DNA of 64,000 nt. It comes from Marinicella sp. GTDB taxonomy: Bacteria; Pseudomonadota; Gammaproteobacteria; Xanthomonadales; Marinicellaceae. Positions 27,913 to 38,415 of the stretch are shown here, piece after piece; the stretch's first letter is position 1, and each line of letters starts with the position of its first letter. The notes below the pieces were generated by a model, which was not told the origin of the DNA, searched no databases, and worked only from the letters and a program-made list of their open reading frames with translations. The position numbers and the translations under genes are program-made. The stretch is taken from the NCBI GenBank assembly GCA_965230295.1, contig OZ246001.1:1472001-1536000 (forward strand). The letters run 5' to 3'.

Positions 27913-29718
27913 ATGAAAAACTTATTGACCTTGTGTTTATTACTGTCACTGATGGCTTGTCAACACAAAACCATGAACAAACCAGAAACCGAAACCGTCA
28001 CTGTTGCGGATGCGCAGGCCTTTTTGGATAAAGTGGAAGAAACATATATCAAAGATTGGGAGTATGCGGCTAGAATTGCCTGGGTCCAAGCCAACTTCAT
28101 CACAGATGACACCGTCTGGCTGAATGCCAAGAGTACTGAAAAAATCATTGGCTTATCAGTTAAATTTGCCAACGAAGCCAAGAAATTTGATGACCTGGCA
28201 TTGTCCGATGACATGCGACGCCGAATGAATATCATCAAAGGCAGCCTGACATTGGCGGCACCAGATGACGCCAGTAAAAATGCAGAACTGGCACAGATCA
28301 TGGCTGAATTAGATGCCACTTATGGTGCCGGAAAATATTGTGTCGATGATGAATGTCAGAACTTAGGCCAGCTCTCTAGAACCATATTCGAGTCAAAAGA
28401 CCACAATGAATTATTAAAAGCTTGGCAAGGCTGGCGCACCGTTTCACCAAAAATGCGTCCCAAATACCAACGCATGGTTGAGTTGGCCAACGAAGGTGCC
28501 AAAGAATTAGGCTATGATGACACTGGCGCCATGTGGCGCGCTGGGTATGACATGCCTGCCAGTGATTTTCCGGTAGAACTGGACCGATTGTGGTCACAAG
28601 TCAAACCCCTTTACGATTCATTGCAGTGCCATGTGCGCACCAAACTCACCGAACATTATGGCGAAGAAGTGATGGGTGATGATGGCATGATCCCTGCCCA
28701 TTTACTGGGCAACATGTGGGCCCAAGACTGGACCGGTGTGTACGACATGGTCAAACCAGCCGATGCAGGCTCCACCATTGATGTCACTGCACTCCTGGAA
28801 AAGCATGATTACGATGCAGAAAAAATGGTCAAAACAGCAGAAGGCTTTTTCACTTCCTTGGGCTTAGAACCGTTACCTGATACTTTCTGGAAACGTTCGT
28901 TGTTCCTGAAGCCCAAAGACAGGGATGTTCAGTGCCATGCCAGTGCTTGGAATTTAGACAACGTGGATGACATCCGCATCAAAATGTGTATCAAAGAAGA
29001 CTATGAAGATTTTGTCACCATCCACCATGAATTGGGACACAACTTCTACCAACGCGCTTATAATGACAAAAGTATCCTCTACCGCACCGGAGCCAATGAT
29101 GGCTTCCATGAAGCCATTGGTGACACCGTTGCACTTTCTATCACACCTCAATATTTTAAAGACATTGGACTGATTGATGAAGTACCAGCCTCATCTAATG
29201 ATCTCGGTATGCTGATGAAAAAGGCTTTGGAAAAAATTGCCTTTGTGCCATTTGGCTTGATGGTTGATCAATGGCGCTGGAAAGTATTCAATGGTGAGAT
29301 TTCACCAGAGACATACAATGCCGGATGGTGGGAACTGCGTAACAAATACCAAGGTGTGAAAGCACCTGTTGAGCGCACCGAAGACCATTTTGATCCAGGC
29401 GCCAAATACCACATCCCCGGCAACACCCCATACACGCGATATTTCCTGGCCCACATTTTACAATTCCAGTTCCACCGGGAACTGTGTAAAGCTGCAGGCT
29501 ATGAAGGTGATTTACATCGCTGTTCAATTTATAACAACAAAGCCGCTGGTGAGAAGTTGATCAAAGTGCTGAACATGGGTGCTGAACGGCCTTGGCAAGA
29601 TGCCATGGAAGTGGTGGCTAATTCGCGTGAAATGGATGCCACGGCTGTGGTTGATTATTTTGCACCATTGAAAACTTGGTTGGATGAACAAAATCAAGGT
29701 CGCGATTGCGGATGGTAA
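27913..29718 (+). CDS. Peptidase M2 (peptidyl-dipeptidase A, ACE-like) lipoprotein
   Basis: Lipobox LMAC, PAHLLGNMWAQ, HHELGH, GFHEAIGD, FDPGAKYH. Confidence 0.93.
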   Translation: MKNLLTLCLLLSLMACQHKTMNKPETETVTVADAQAFLDKVEETYIKDWEYAARIAWVQANFITDDTVWLNAKSTEKIIGLSVKFANEAKKFDDLALSDDMRRRMNIIKGSLTLAAPDDASKNAELAQIMAELDATYGAGKYCVDDECQNLGQLSRTIFESKDHNELLKAWQGWRTVSPKMRPKYQRMVELANEGAKELGYDDTGAMWRAGYDMPASDFPVELDRLWSQVKPLYDSLQCHVRTKLTEHYGEEVMGDDGMIPAHLLGNMWAQDWTGVYDMVKPADAGSTIDVTALLEKHDYDAEKMVKTAEGFFTSLGLEPLPDTFWKRSLFLKPKDRDVQCHASAWNLDNVDDIRIKMCIKEDYEDFVTIHHELGHNFYQRAYNDKSILYRTGANDGFHEAIGDTVALSITPQYFKDIGLIDEVPASSNDLGMLMKKALEKIAFVPFGLMVDQWRWKVFNGEISPETYNAGWWELRNKYQGVKAPVERTEDHFDPGAKYHIPGNTPYTRYFLAHILQFQFHRELCKAAGYEGDLHRCSIYNNKAAGEKLIKVLNMGAERPWQDAMEVVANSREMDATAVVDYFAPLKTWLDEQNQGRDCGW

Positions 29719-29740
29719 AAACGAACCATTGTTAAAACGA

Positions 29741-29770
29741 AAAAGCCAACTTTTTAGTTGGCTTTTTTTT
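29741..29770 (+). terminator. Rho-independent terminator
   Basis: AAAAGCCAACT-TTTT-AGTTGGCTTTTTTTT. Confidence 0.8.
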
Positions 29771-29877
29771 GCAACAAGAATTAAAACAAAGGTTACATGA
29801 TCGGCCATTGGGTGGAACTTTAAAGCCTGGCTTGCTACCCTTACAGCCCAATTAATTAAAATACAGGAGTCACCATT

Positions 29878-30081
29878 ATGAGCGTAGCTAAAGTAACTGA
29901 AATCATCGCCAGTTCTAAAAAGGGTTTTGATGATGCCATCGAAAATGGTATAGAACGGGCCGCTAAAACCTTAAAAAACGTCAGCGGCGCATGGGTAGAA
30001 AGCCAAAAAGTGGTGGTAGAAGACGGCCAAATTGCTGAATACCGAGTGGCCATGAAAGTCACTTTTGTCCTGAAAGATTGA
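29878..30081 (+). CDS. Dodecin family protein
   Basis: SVAKVTEI..SS.KGFDDAI..GIERA.KTL...YRVAMKVTF; AGGAG RBS. Confidence 0.88.
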   Translation: MSVAKVTEIIASSKKGFDDAIENGIERAAKTLKNVSGAWVESQKVVVEDGQIAEYRVAMKVTFVLKD

Positions 30082-30098
30082 TTCCAAAATAAAGCCTT

Positions 30099-30130
30099 AA
30101 AAAAACCAGCCTCAAATGGCTGGTTTTTTT
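30099..30130 (+). terminator. Rho-independent terminator (bidirectional)
   Basis: A7-CCAGCC-TCAAAT-GGCTGG-T7. Confidence 0.8.
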
Positions 30131-30238
30131 GTGCCTAAATGTTAACTTATCAAGTGGAATGACTTGAGAATGTCATGACACAGTGGTTAAATATATGGTT
30201 AAAAATAAAGTCAATAAAATAATAAAAGGAGTTAAAAA

Positions 30239-33200
30239 ATGACTGCATCAACCAACCCTTCTGCCAAACCAAACACCATTCCTAATCGCAAGTCAGCACT
30301 GACAATGGCCATTTCAATGGCATTGGCCACACCAGTTATCAGCCAAGCTGCCACTTTTAATGTCACCCAACCATTCGACAATGGCTCAGGTTCAGAAGCA
30401 GGGTCATTGAGTTGGGCCATCTTGCAAGCCAACACCAACCCCGGGCCAGATCTGATCGAGTTACAAACTGATGTCACCCTGACTGGTGTGATGAAACGTT
30501 TGATCGACTCGGACGTGACCCTATCCAGTGATGGCATCACCCGATCCATCAGTGGGAATGATCAATACCGGCCACTGTTTGTTAAATCAGGCGCTGTCAC
30601 CATGCAACGCATAATCGTCAGCAACTCCCGTGCAGAAGGGGGTGCGACAGGTGGTGGAGGTTCCGGTGCCGGATTGGGAGGCGCTTTGTTCATTTATGAT
30701 GGTCAAGTCAATCTCGACCAAGTTACCATCCAAGATTCTGTATCCATTGGCGGAAACGGGGGCGGCATTGGTTATGGAGGCGGAGGAATTTTTGGCGACC
30801 CAAATTATGGAGGTGGGGGCGGTCTGTTTGCCAATGCGACGAACAGCAATGGTGGCTACGGCGGCTATGGTAACTACCAAAACATCAGCAGTGACTTTGG
30901 TCAGGGCAGTGATTACTCTTACGTTGGGCCTGCCCTCAATGCAGGATTTGGCGGCGGGGGCGGGGGCAGTTACCAAGGCGGTGGTGGTCATGGCGGATTT
31001 GGTGGCGGTGGAGGCTACAGCTACCTTGACAGTGCAGGTGATGGCGGATTTGGCGGTGGCGGGGGCCCTGGCGGTGGCGCACCCGGCTTTGGCGGCGTTT
31101 ATCGATTTGGCGCTGGATTGGGGGGTGGAATCTTCATCCGGAGTGGCGAGCTGGATTTGAACAACGTCACTTTTGAAAACAACAGTACGCTGCGCCAAAC
31201 CCCAGCGGTTGAAGCGCTGGGCGGCGCTTTGTTTGTCATGCACACCTCCAGCAACACCAATGGCAATGACCAAGGAATGCCAGCCCAGCTGCCCAATGTA
31301 ACCGGCTGCGGGGTGAGTTTTATCAACAATTCAGCGGCCAGCAGTCCGGGGACCAGCAACAACAACAATGATTTTTTCGACTTGGCCGATCGAATTGTTC
31401 CTGACAATGGAGTGTCTCTATCAGATCCATGTGTGATTCCAGAAAGAGAGATTGTACTCACCGGCAATGGTGAGAATATCACTGATGGAGATAACACACC
31501 TGACACAGGTGATTTTACAGCTATGGGCAATGCCTTGATCATGGGCCAACCATTGAGTCGTACCTTTGAGATCACCAACATCGGCAACACCCAGCTTGAT
31601 CTGACCGGCAACCCTGTTGTTGAATTACAGAACAACAGTGGACAATTCAGCATCACTTCACAGCCGTTCAGTACAGCTCTCAATAACGGCGACATGACCT
31701 CGTTTGAGGTCACATTCACCCCTGTGGCCGAAGGTCCAGACTCGGCAACAGTGGTGATTCAAAACAATGATTCGGATGAAGCCCCATTTGATTTCAGCGT
31801 TTCCGCCGAAGGGTTTTTAAACACCATTCCCTATTTCGTCACTGAGACAACTGACAATGGAACAGGACTAGAAGAAAACACACTGAGTTGGGCCATATTA
31901 CAGGCCAACAGCAACCCAGGTAGTGACTTGATCGAACTCCAATCAGATGTGACCCTCACTGGAGTGATGAAACGCTTGGTGGATTCAGATGTCACGATTG
32001 CCAGTGATGGCACCCACAGAACCATCAGTGGTAACAACCAACACAGGCCCTTATTTATCAGGTCAGGCCAGGTTAACATCAACAATTTGACCCTTTCAAA
32101 CGGACGGGCCCAAGGTGGCAGTTCGCGATTAGGCGGCTATGGTGCTGGCTTGGGAGGAAGTCTCTTTATTTATGACGGCCAGGTCAATTTGGAATCAGTC
32201 GTCATCAGCCAATCTGTGGCTGTTGGTGGCTCTAGAGACGAATGTTTAAATGCAGGTATTTTCTGCGAAGGTGGTGGCGGCATGTTTGGATACGGCCTCA
32301 ATGGAGGTGGCGGTCTGTTTGGCTCAATTTTAACTGGCAACGCTGGCGCTTATGGGGGCTATGGGCTGTATCAAAACCCAGATCCCATGTTTGGGCAAGG
32401 CGGACAAGCCCGCAACCCTTCAGCAGGTCAAAACGGTGGCTTTGGCGGCGGTGGCGGCTACGGTTTCTATGATGCAGGTGGTCATGGCGGCTTTGGCGGC
32501 GGTGGTGGCCACACCTACGATTATACTTGCGCCAGTTATGGTGGCAGCTATTGTACATATTATCCAGGTGATGGAGGGTTTGGTGCTGGTGGAGGTAAAG
32601 CCACCAGCTACACCGCTCGGAATGGCACAGCCGGCTTTGGTGGTTACCAACATCTGGCCGCTGGCTTGGGAGGTGGTGTCTTCGTCAGATCTGGTCAAGT
32701 CAGTTTTGCCGATGTTACCATCAGTAACAACCTGGCTATGAGCTCAAATGATTCTGGCCAAAATTCTGAAGGTTTAGGCGGTGGGATCTTTGTCATGCAC
32801 ACCCTATCCAACCCCAATGGTAATCAACAAGGCATGCCTACAACCTTACCTTCAGTGACAGGTTGTGGTGTGAGTTTTTTTGGCAATACATCCGACACAG
32901 ACTCAGGTAGCGCTGATAACAACGATGATTTATTTGACTTGGCTGGTAACATTTCGGGTGTGGGCGGAGGGGTCATTACCGACCCTTGTCCTGGATCAGA
33001 ACAAGATATTTTGGTATCCGGAAATGGCACGGAAATTACGGATGGTGACACCACACCAGAGATTGGCGATTTCACCTTTTTAGGTTCTGCACAAATCATG
33101 GGGCAGTCAGTAACCCAGAGATTTGAAATCACCAATGTGGGTGTAACTGACTTGAACCTAACGGGTATACCCATCATTGAATTACAAAACAACAATGGTC

Positions 33201-34363
33201 AGTTTAGTGTGACATCCCAACCTCAAATTACCCAGTTAAGCCAAGGTCAAACCGTTGGCTTTGATGTGACATTCACGCCCTCCTCAGAAGGCACTGATAC
33301 AGCCACTGTGGTGATTCAAAATGATGACCCGGATGAGGCACCTTATGACTTCACGATAGAAGCTGAAGGGGTTGCCCAAGCACCGGTGTTACAGGTGTTG
33401 GGTAATGGTACTGAAATTATTTTTGCAGACAACACCCCCAATCCAGATGACAACACCGATTTCGGCTACACACCGGTGGCAAATGGCATGATTGAAAAAA
33501 CATTTGAACTTAAAAACATTGGCTTGGCACCATTGAATTTATCTGATGTGCAATTGTTTCAGTTTAACAATGATTTTTCCATCACCCAAAACATCACCGA
33601 CGCCACTCTGGACACTGATGAGTCAACCTTTGTGACGGTGCGACTGGATCCTGAAAATGCCGGCCCCAGTTCATTCACTGCTTTTGAAGTGTATGATGAC
33701 AACTTCAACTTTTTGCATTTCCACCAAATAACCGGTTATGGCCAACCCTCGTTGATCATCAATTCTGAGGTCAATTACGTTCAGGAAGGTGGCACTGCCG
33801 AATTCACTGTCAGCACCGATGTGCCACCCACTGAAAGCTTGAATTTCTTGTGGCAAGTCACTGGTCAAGTGGACTCGCAAGACTTCCCAGCGGGTCTTCC
33901 ATCAGGTGCTGGAATTGTCTCCGATCAATCCAATGACTTCTCCATTCAATTCCAGACCCGACAGGATGGGGTATATGAGGGGCCGGAATTATTTACAGTG
34001 GTACTCAGTACAACAGACCCAAGACTGGCCCTTGGATTCCCCAGTGTTTCTGGTGGTGTGATTGATGACGATTTGATCTTTGCTGATGGATTTAACCCTG
34101 CCAGTCTTAACCAGGTCCTGTCCGGAATGGCACGCTATGCCATTGATGGCGACAACTTGCCCAGTTGTGATGTTGAGTCTTGTCAGTTTTTAAACCGCAG
34201 CATGGATTTAAGCCGTGATCATGTATGGAATATCAATGATGTGATTGCATGGTTTGAAGAAACCCTGGTGATGGTACAACCCAATGGCGACTGGGACGGT
34301 GATGGCCTGCCCAACCACCATGACTTGAATCCTTTTGGTTTATCACAAAAACTGAAGGATTGA
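30239..34363 (+). CDS. Large secreted surface protein: two ~490-aa Gly-rich plus Ig-like (choice-of-anchor D/ASH-like) modules, a third Ig-like domain, a Calx-beta-like domain and a DLIFADGF motif
   Basis: Signal peptide; duplicated LSWAILQAN...VMKRL and GGFGGGGG blocks; FEITNIG/IQNNDSDEAPFDF repeats; DGVYEGPELFTVVL. Confidence 0.8.
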   Translation: MTASTNPSAKPNTIPNRKSALTMAISMALATPVISQAATFNVTQPFDNGSGSEAGSLSWAILQANTNPGPDLIELQTDVTLTGVMKRLIDSDVTLSSDGITRSISGNDQYRPLFVKSGAVTMQRIIVSNSRAEGGATGGGGSGAGLGGALFIYDGQVNLDQVTIQDSVSIGGNGGGIGYGGGGIFGDPNYGGGGGLFANATNSNGGYGGYGNYQNISSDFGQGSDYSYVGPALNAGFGGGGGGSYQGGGGHGGFGGGGGYSYLDSAGDGGFGGGGGPGGGAPGFGGVYRFGAGLGGGIFIRSGELDLNNVTFENNSTLRQTPAVEALGGALFVMHTSSNTNGNDQGMPAQLPNVTGCGVSFINNSAASSPGTSNNNNDFFDLADRIVPDNGVSLSDPCVIPEREIVLTGNGENITDGDNTPDTGDFTAMGNALIMGQPLSRTFEITNIGNTQLDLTGNPVVELQNNSGQFSITSQPFSTALNNGDMTSFEVTFTPVAEGPDSATVVIQNNDSDEAPFDFSVSAEGFLNTIPYFVTETTDNGTGLEENTLSWAILQANSNPGSDLIELQSDVTLTGVMKRLVDSDVTIASDGTHRTISGNNQHRPLFIRSGQVNINNLTLSNGRAQGGSSRLGGYGAGLGGSLFIYDGQVNLESVVISQSVAVGGSRDECLNAGIFCEGGGGMFGYGLNGGGGLFGSILTGNAGAYGGYGLYQNPDPMFGQGGQARNPSAGQNGGFGGGGGYGFYDAGGHGGFGGGGGHTYDYTCASYGGSYCTYYPGDGGFGAGGGKATSYTARNGTAGFGGYQHLAAGLGGGVFVRSGQVSFADVTISNNLAMSSNDSGQNSEGLGGGIFVMHTLSNPNGNQQGMPTTLPSVTGCGVSFFGNTSDTDSGSADNNDDLFDLAGNISGVGGGVITDPCPGSEQDILVSGNGTEITDGDTTPEIGDFTFLGSAQIMGQSVTQRFEITNVGVTDLNLTGIPIIELQNNNGQFSVTSQPQITQLSQGQTVGFDVTFTPSSEGTDTATVVIQNDDPDEAPYDFTIEAEGVAQAPVLQVLGNGTEIIFADNTPNPDDNTDFGYTPVANGMIEKTFELKNIGLAPLNLSDVQLFQFNNDFSITQNITDATLDTDESTFVTVRLDPENAGPSSFTAFEVYDDNFNFLHFHQITGYGQPSLIINSEVNYVQEGGTAEFTVSTDVPPTESLNFLWQVTGQVDSQDFPAGLPSGAGIVSDQSNDFSIQFQTRQDGVYEGPELFTVVLSTTDPRLALGFPSVSGGVIDDDLIFADGFNPASLNQVLSGMARYAIDGDNLPSCDVESCQFLNRSMDLSRDHVWNINDVIAWFEETLVMVQPNGDWDGDGLPNHHDLNPFGLSQKLKD

Positions 34364-34369
34364 CATGTT

Positions 34370-34409
34370 AACCCATTCAATCAAGCGATATCATTCGATT
34401 GAATGGGTT
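34370..34409. terminator. 13-bp perfect inverted repeat just after the large gene (terminator or mRNA-stabilising hairpin)
   Basis: AACCCATTCAATC-N14-GATTGAATGGGTT, with no U tract. Confidence 0.5.
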
Positions 34410-34552
34410 GACTGCAGTGGACGAGTATATTCGGTGTGTCTATATGCGCATCATAAAACAACAAGTCTGGCTTACTGGTTCAACCCAATCAGCAAGGGTA
34501 ACAACCAAAGAAAAAACTTGAATCATTGTTCGACATTGCGGTCCATTTAACC

Positions 34553-35116
34553 ATGCGACTATTCATTATCATGCTGTTGACCATGTCTTATGCAACTGCA
34601 AACCCGTTGGTTGAAGCGGCCAAAGAAAGGCTCAAACATGTGGTCATATATGACGGCGCTTACCAGCGCATAGATTACCCCAATGGCGATGTGTCTCCGA
34701 ATAAAGGGGTCTGCACTGATGTCATCATCAGATCCTACAGGTCCTTAGGCGTGGACCTTCAAAAGCTGGTTCATGAAGACATGAAAAACGATTTCAGCGA
34801 ATACCCCAATCACTGGGGACTGAGCAAACCAGACTCCAACATCGATCATCGCAGGGTGCCAAATTTAGAGACATATTTTGCTCGACATGCCACCACATTA
34901 CCGATCACAGACAACCCTGCAGACTACCAACCTGGAGATTTGGTGACTTGGCGTCTGAATGGATCAAACCTGCCTCACATCGGTGTGGTCAGCGATCAGA
35001 AAGCTGGCAGTGGAAACTACAAAATCATCCACAACATCGGTTGGGGTCCAAAACTGGATGACATGTTATTTGATCACCGCATCCATGGACATTACCGATT
35101 CAACCCGGGTAACTGA
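34553..35116 (+). CDS. DUF1287 (YijF) family protein
   Basis: YPNGDV..GVCTDVIIR, DSNIDHRRVPNL, PGDLVTW, HIGVV, HNIG. Confidence 0.88.
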   Translation: MRLFIIMLLTMSYATANPLVEAAKERLKHVVIYDGAYQRIDYPNGDVSPNKGVCTDVIIRSYRSLGVDLQKLVHEDMKNDFSEYPNHWGLSKPDSNIDHRRVPNLETYFARHATTLPITDNPADYQPGDLVTWRLNGSNLPHIGVVSDQKAGSGNYKIIHNIGWGPKLDDMLFDHRIHGHYRFNPGN

Positions 35117-35117
35117 A

Positions 35118-36380
35118 TCAATCAATTTTATTGAGCTTCTCAATGCCTTTTAAATAAGAACTGATGCCTTTGGTGTTGGCTGTTTGCTGGTATTTTTTGA
35201 TCAGTGTTTGACACAATTTTTTCGCTTGATCCATTTTGTTGTGTTGGTAATATATTTTTGCCACCAAAAAGAAATTACTGACAATTTGTTCATGCTCCAA
35301 TGGGTAACGCTTATCGAAATCCCGACACAATTTCAGGACCTGATTGAACTGGTTTTTATCAAACGCATATTGAATCAATTGGCTGATGGTTGCGGCCTGA
35401 TCAGGCTTCAACAAATGACCGTCATCTGCATAGGATAAATACAGTTCAACAGCTTCTTTCAGTTGGCCGTCATCCACCATACTTTGAAACTTATCTACGG
35501 GTCGCTGACGTTTCTGATGAACCAGTAAGGATTGTGCTTGTGCCAAATAGGTATCCAAATCTGTTCTGCCATCTTCTTTTTTCAGTTCATTGATGATGTT
35601 GATCGCTTCTTGCGGTTTGCTGTCTTCAAGCAATTGCAAGACCCTGTCCTTGATGGGGTCTTCTGGATGTGTGGTTTGGGTATCCACCACTTCAACATCC
35701 ACCGTATCATGGCCCAATTCATCGGCATGACGATACATCACATACCCAATCACCAAAAACGTAAACACCAACAAAAAATACAAAACCCATGCAGTGATGA
35801 CACTGCCAATCAAACCAGGCAATAGATCAATGGTGTAGTACCTGAATGCCAAATTGAAAGCCGCACACAACAAAAAAAACACCAACAATAAAATATATTC
35901 TGTCCCAATGCGAGTCATGACTGTCATCAGATTAACAGGATTGAATGATTCAACCACGCTTTGGGTCTTGCTGAGCATCATCAAATAAGCTGGCGTCACC
36001 ACAATGGTGACAATCAACAAAGCCAGACCCACCGGTGGATCACTGCGATAAACAAAGATAAATATCAGCAGCTGTACCACAGCCATAGCAATGGCTTTGA
36101 AGCCAATGTTGTCATCAATTTCATAAGATCGGCTGTCGGCATATTCCATTTGCCCGCTGGATACCGTGTGCAACACTTCAAATGCCAGTTTATAGGAGGC
36201 CAAAAACAACATCGCTGCAATCAACAAAGACAAGACCAGTGAAGGAATGGCCAATAACAAGTTGGCAGCAGCGAGCAAGGTGATTTGATAATACAGTTTT
36301 TCTTGATTCAAGTAACGGAAGAAAAAGCCAAATTTCCGCCAAAAAGGTGGTGGGTTATGTTCCATGTCTATATCACTCAA
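35118..36380 (-). CDS. Hypothetical membrane protein with C-terminal TPR-like helices
   Basis: About 6 TM segments followed by a soluble helical repeat region. Confidence 0.7.
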   Translation of the reverse strand: MSDIDMEHNPPPFWRKFGFFFRYLNQEKLYYQITLLAAANLLLAIPSLVLSLLIAAMLFLASYKLAFEVLHTVSSGQMEYADSRSYEIDDNIGFKAIAMAVVQLLIFIFVYRSDPPVGLALLIVTIVVTPAYLMMLSKTQSVVESFNPVNLMTVMTRIGTEYILLLVFFLLCAAFNLAFRYYTIDLLPGLIGSVITAWVLYFLLVFTFLVIGYVMYRHADELGHDTVDVEVVDTQTTHPEDPIKDRVLQLLEDSKPQEAINIINELKKEDGRTDLDTYLAQAQSLLVHQKRQRPVDKFQSMVDDGQLKEAVELYLSYADDGHLLKPDQAATISQLIQYAFDKNQFNQVLKLCRDFDKRYPLEHEQIVSNFFLVAKIYYQHNKMDQAKKLCQTLIKKYQQTANTKGISSYLKGIEKLNKID

Positions 36381-36454
36381 TGGGTCGACTAAAGTCTATT
36401 ATTTTAACTCAAGTCTAGCAGTGATTGGAGACTGTGGTGGGGCTATGTTGCCAC

Positions 36455-36478
36455 AAAAAAGGCCTGTTTCCAGGCCTT
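36455..36478 (-). terminator. Rho-independent terminator of the blaI-blaR operon
   Basis: Minus strand AAGGCCTG-GAAA-CAGGCC-TTTTTT. Confidence 0.75.
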
Positions 36479-36487
36479 CAATTCAAT

Positions 36488-36750
36488 GGAGAGCTGATGA
36501 TCAGCTCGACCGGCGCACTCGGTTAGGCAGATCATGTAAGAATGGCGATTTGACAAAGTCAAGAAGCCTTGATGGAGTGATCGATAAGCCGTGAAGCCTC
36601 GCTGGTCGCTTCCGCATCCTGCTCACGCGACAGACCTACATCCCTGTAAGCCAGTCAGAGAGTGCAAGCCCGAGGTAGTAAGCCATGTCCGCCGCGGCCG
36701 CTTTCACTTTTGTAGGAACAAAAGTGAATGAAGTCCCAAGGACATTCCTT
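36488..36750. repeat. Dispersed modular intergenic element, copy 2 (lacks the inner 114-nt module)
   Basis: Aligns with the reverse complement of 25076-25430 (CGGTTAGGC, AAGCCTTGATG, GATAAGCCGTGA, CAGACCTACATCC, CGCTTTCACTTTTG, AATGAAG.CCCAAG). Confidence 0.85.
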
Positions 36751-36765
36751 ATTCTGGTGCAAAAT

Positions 36766-38415
36766 TCATTGGACCTTAAGTAACTTTAACGTTTTTACTC
36801 TGATGGATTCTTGCTCAAGTCGGGCTTGCTCCCTTTTCATAGCCTGTACATCATCACGCAATTGTGCCCTTTCTTTTTCTAAAAGTGCATGCATTTGCGC
36901 CTCTTGTTTTTGTTGCTGAACTTGCAGTTGTCTTCGTTGTTGATCAAGCTGGGCCAATTGTTGTTTGATCTCTGCTTTTTCCTGGTTGAGTTTTTCTGTC
37001 ATGTGATCCAGTTCCCTTTGCATCTCCTGCAAATCTACTTCTGTATCTTGGTGTTTGGCCATGGCCTGCTCCTGTTCCCTCAAAGCCATTTCAACCGCTT
37101 CCATCTTTGCTTCACGCATTCGCTCGATTTCTTCGGCTTCTTCTCTTTCTTTGGCTTCATGCAAGTCTTCAATTTCTGCTGCTTCATGCCTGTGACCGGC
37201 ATGAGGAACGGCCGCCGGTGCCTGAACTGGGTGAGGTGCAACCACGCCATCAATATGGGGGTCAATGGCTGGTGTTGGAACGATCTCAGGTTGTGGTGGT
37301 TGAGCTACAGAATGAAGCGAGGGTACAGCTGGCACTTGCAAATGTGGCATTTCAGGTGAGGCAGGCCGGGGTGCTGTTGGTACAGTAACCTCAGACACTG
37401 GATCGCTGTGTTCAATGACTGTTGCTTCATGCGCAGAGGTGAGTTGAGATGCAGTAATCAGCAAAGTGGTTAAACTGGCTGAAATCAACAACAGGCTTTG
37501 TTTATTTGAATTCATGATTGGGCTCCTTTGTTGGGGGTTTAATATTAGATTCAGTCGCTGGTACATGGCGCTGGGTTGGGCCATCAAAGTCGTGACTTGG
37601 GTCAAGGGTTGTTGACATGCTGGATGAAATGACAACAATGTTTCGACATAACGGGAAGGCGGAACTTGCTGCCGCAACACCAGCTCATCACAAGCTTGTT
37701 CAAAGCTGTTGATGAGTTGTTTCTTAACCCACCACAGCATGGGATTGAACCAAAACAAGGCTGTGAACGTGTGGGCAAACATCATCCAAAACCAATCTTT
37801 GCGTTTGATGTGGGCCAATTCATGCATCAGTATCACACGAAAAGCTTCATCATTTCGGATGTTCTCAGGTATCAGAACCACTGGCTTGAACAAACCCCAG
37901 GTACAAGGTGACCTGAATGTTGGTGTCACTTTAATGGATGGCGATTGTGCTAAATTCAGTTGATTGGCACAGCGTTCAGCGATTTGATGCCATTCAAGTC
38001 GGTTGATCTTTTCAGCCGCAGCTGTGATTTGATACAGTTTGATGATTTGGTGGATTATGCGAGCCACCAAGGCCAAGCTGACCAACAAGACCAACCATGC
38101 CCAAACTGGCATGACAGGCTCTGTCGGTTGAGACGCTGCAAAATTATTCTGCCACACGGCTGGCTCAACCAGATGCGGCAAGACCTGTTCATGAGATTGG
38201 CCAACAGCCGGTAAAATGGGTAACTGGAGAAATAACAGGTGTTGGTTAAGCCACGGCAGAAACAGCAACACCATCATGCCTATACGCCAAATCCACGCAT
38301 GTGTTGCTGCACTGAACTGACACCGCTTAAGTTGTATCAACAACAGCAAAACCAGGGCCATCTTGACTGCCAGTTGTAGCCAAGGGTTGTAGACAATCAT
38401 TAACCCGTCCATCAT
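36766..38415 (-). CDS. BlaR1/M56 family metallopeptidase-sensor with Pro-rich and coiled-coil C-terminus
   Basis: SPCTWGLFKPVVLIP, HELAHIKRKD, WFNP, EQACD. Confidence 0.9.
   Translation of the reverse strand: MMDGLMIVYNPWLQLAVKMALVLLLLIQLKRCQFSAATHAWIWRIGMMVLLFLPWLNQHLLFLQLPILPAVGQSHEQVLPHLVEPAVWQNNFAASQPTEPVMPVWAWLVLLVSLALVARIIHQIIKLYQITAAAEKINRLEWHQIAERCANQLNLAQSPSIKVTPTFRSPCTWGLFKPVVLIPENIRNDEAFRVILMHELAHIKRKDWFWMMFAHTFTALFWFNPMLWWVKKQLINSFEQACDELVLRQQVPPSRYVETLLSFHPACQQPLTQVTTLMAQPSAMYQRLNLILNPQQRSPIMNSNKQSLLLISASLTTLLITASQLTSAHEATVIEHSDPVSEVTVPTAPRPASPEMPHLQVPAVPSLHSVAQPPQPEIVPTPAIDPHIDGVVAPHPVQAPAAVPHAGHRHEAAEIEDLHEAKEREEAEEIERMREAKMEAVEMALREQEQAMAKHQDTEVDLQEMQRELDHMTEKLNQEKAEIKQQLAQLDQQRRQLQVQQQKQEAQMHALLEKERAQLRDDVQAMKREQARLEQESIRVKTLKLLKVQ

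Noticed and set aside
29814-29845. Sigma-E promoter upstream of dodecin (GGAACTT)
   Set aside because: The -35 matches, but there is no convincing TCAAA/TCTGA -10 at 16-17 nt.
30587-33195. Several long antisense or alternative-frame ORFs
   Set aside because: They are shadows of the GGN-rich codons of the large Gly-rich gene.
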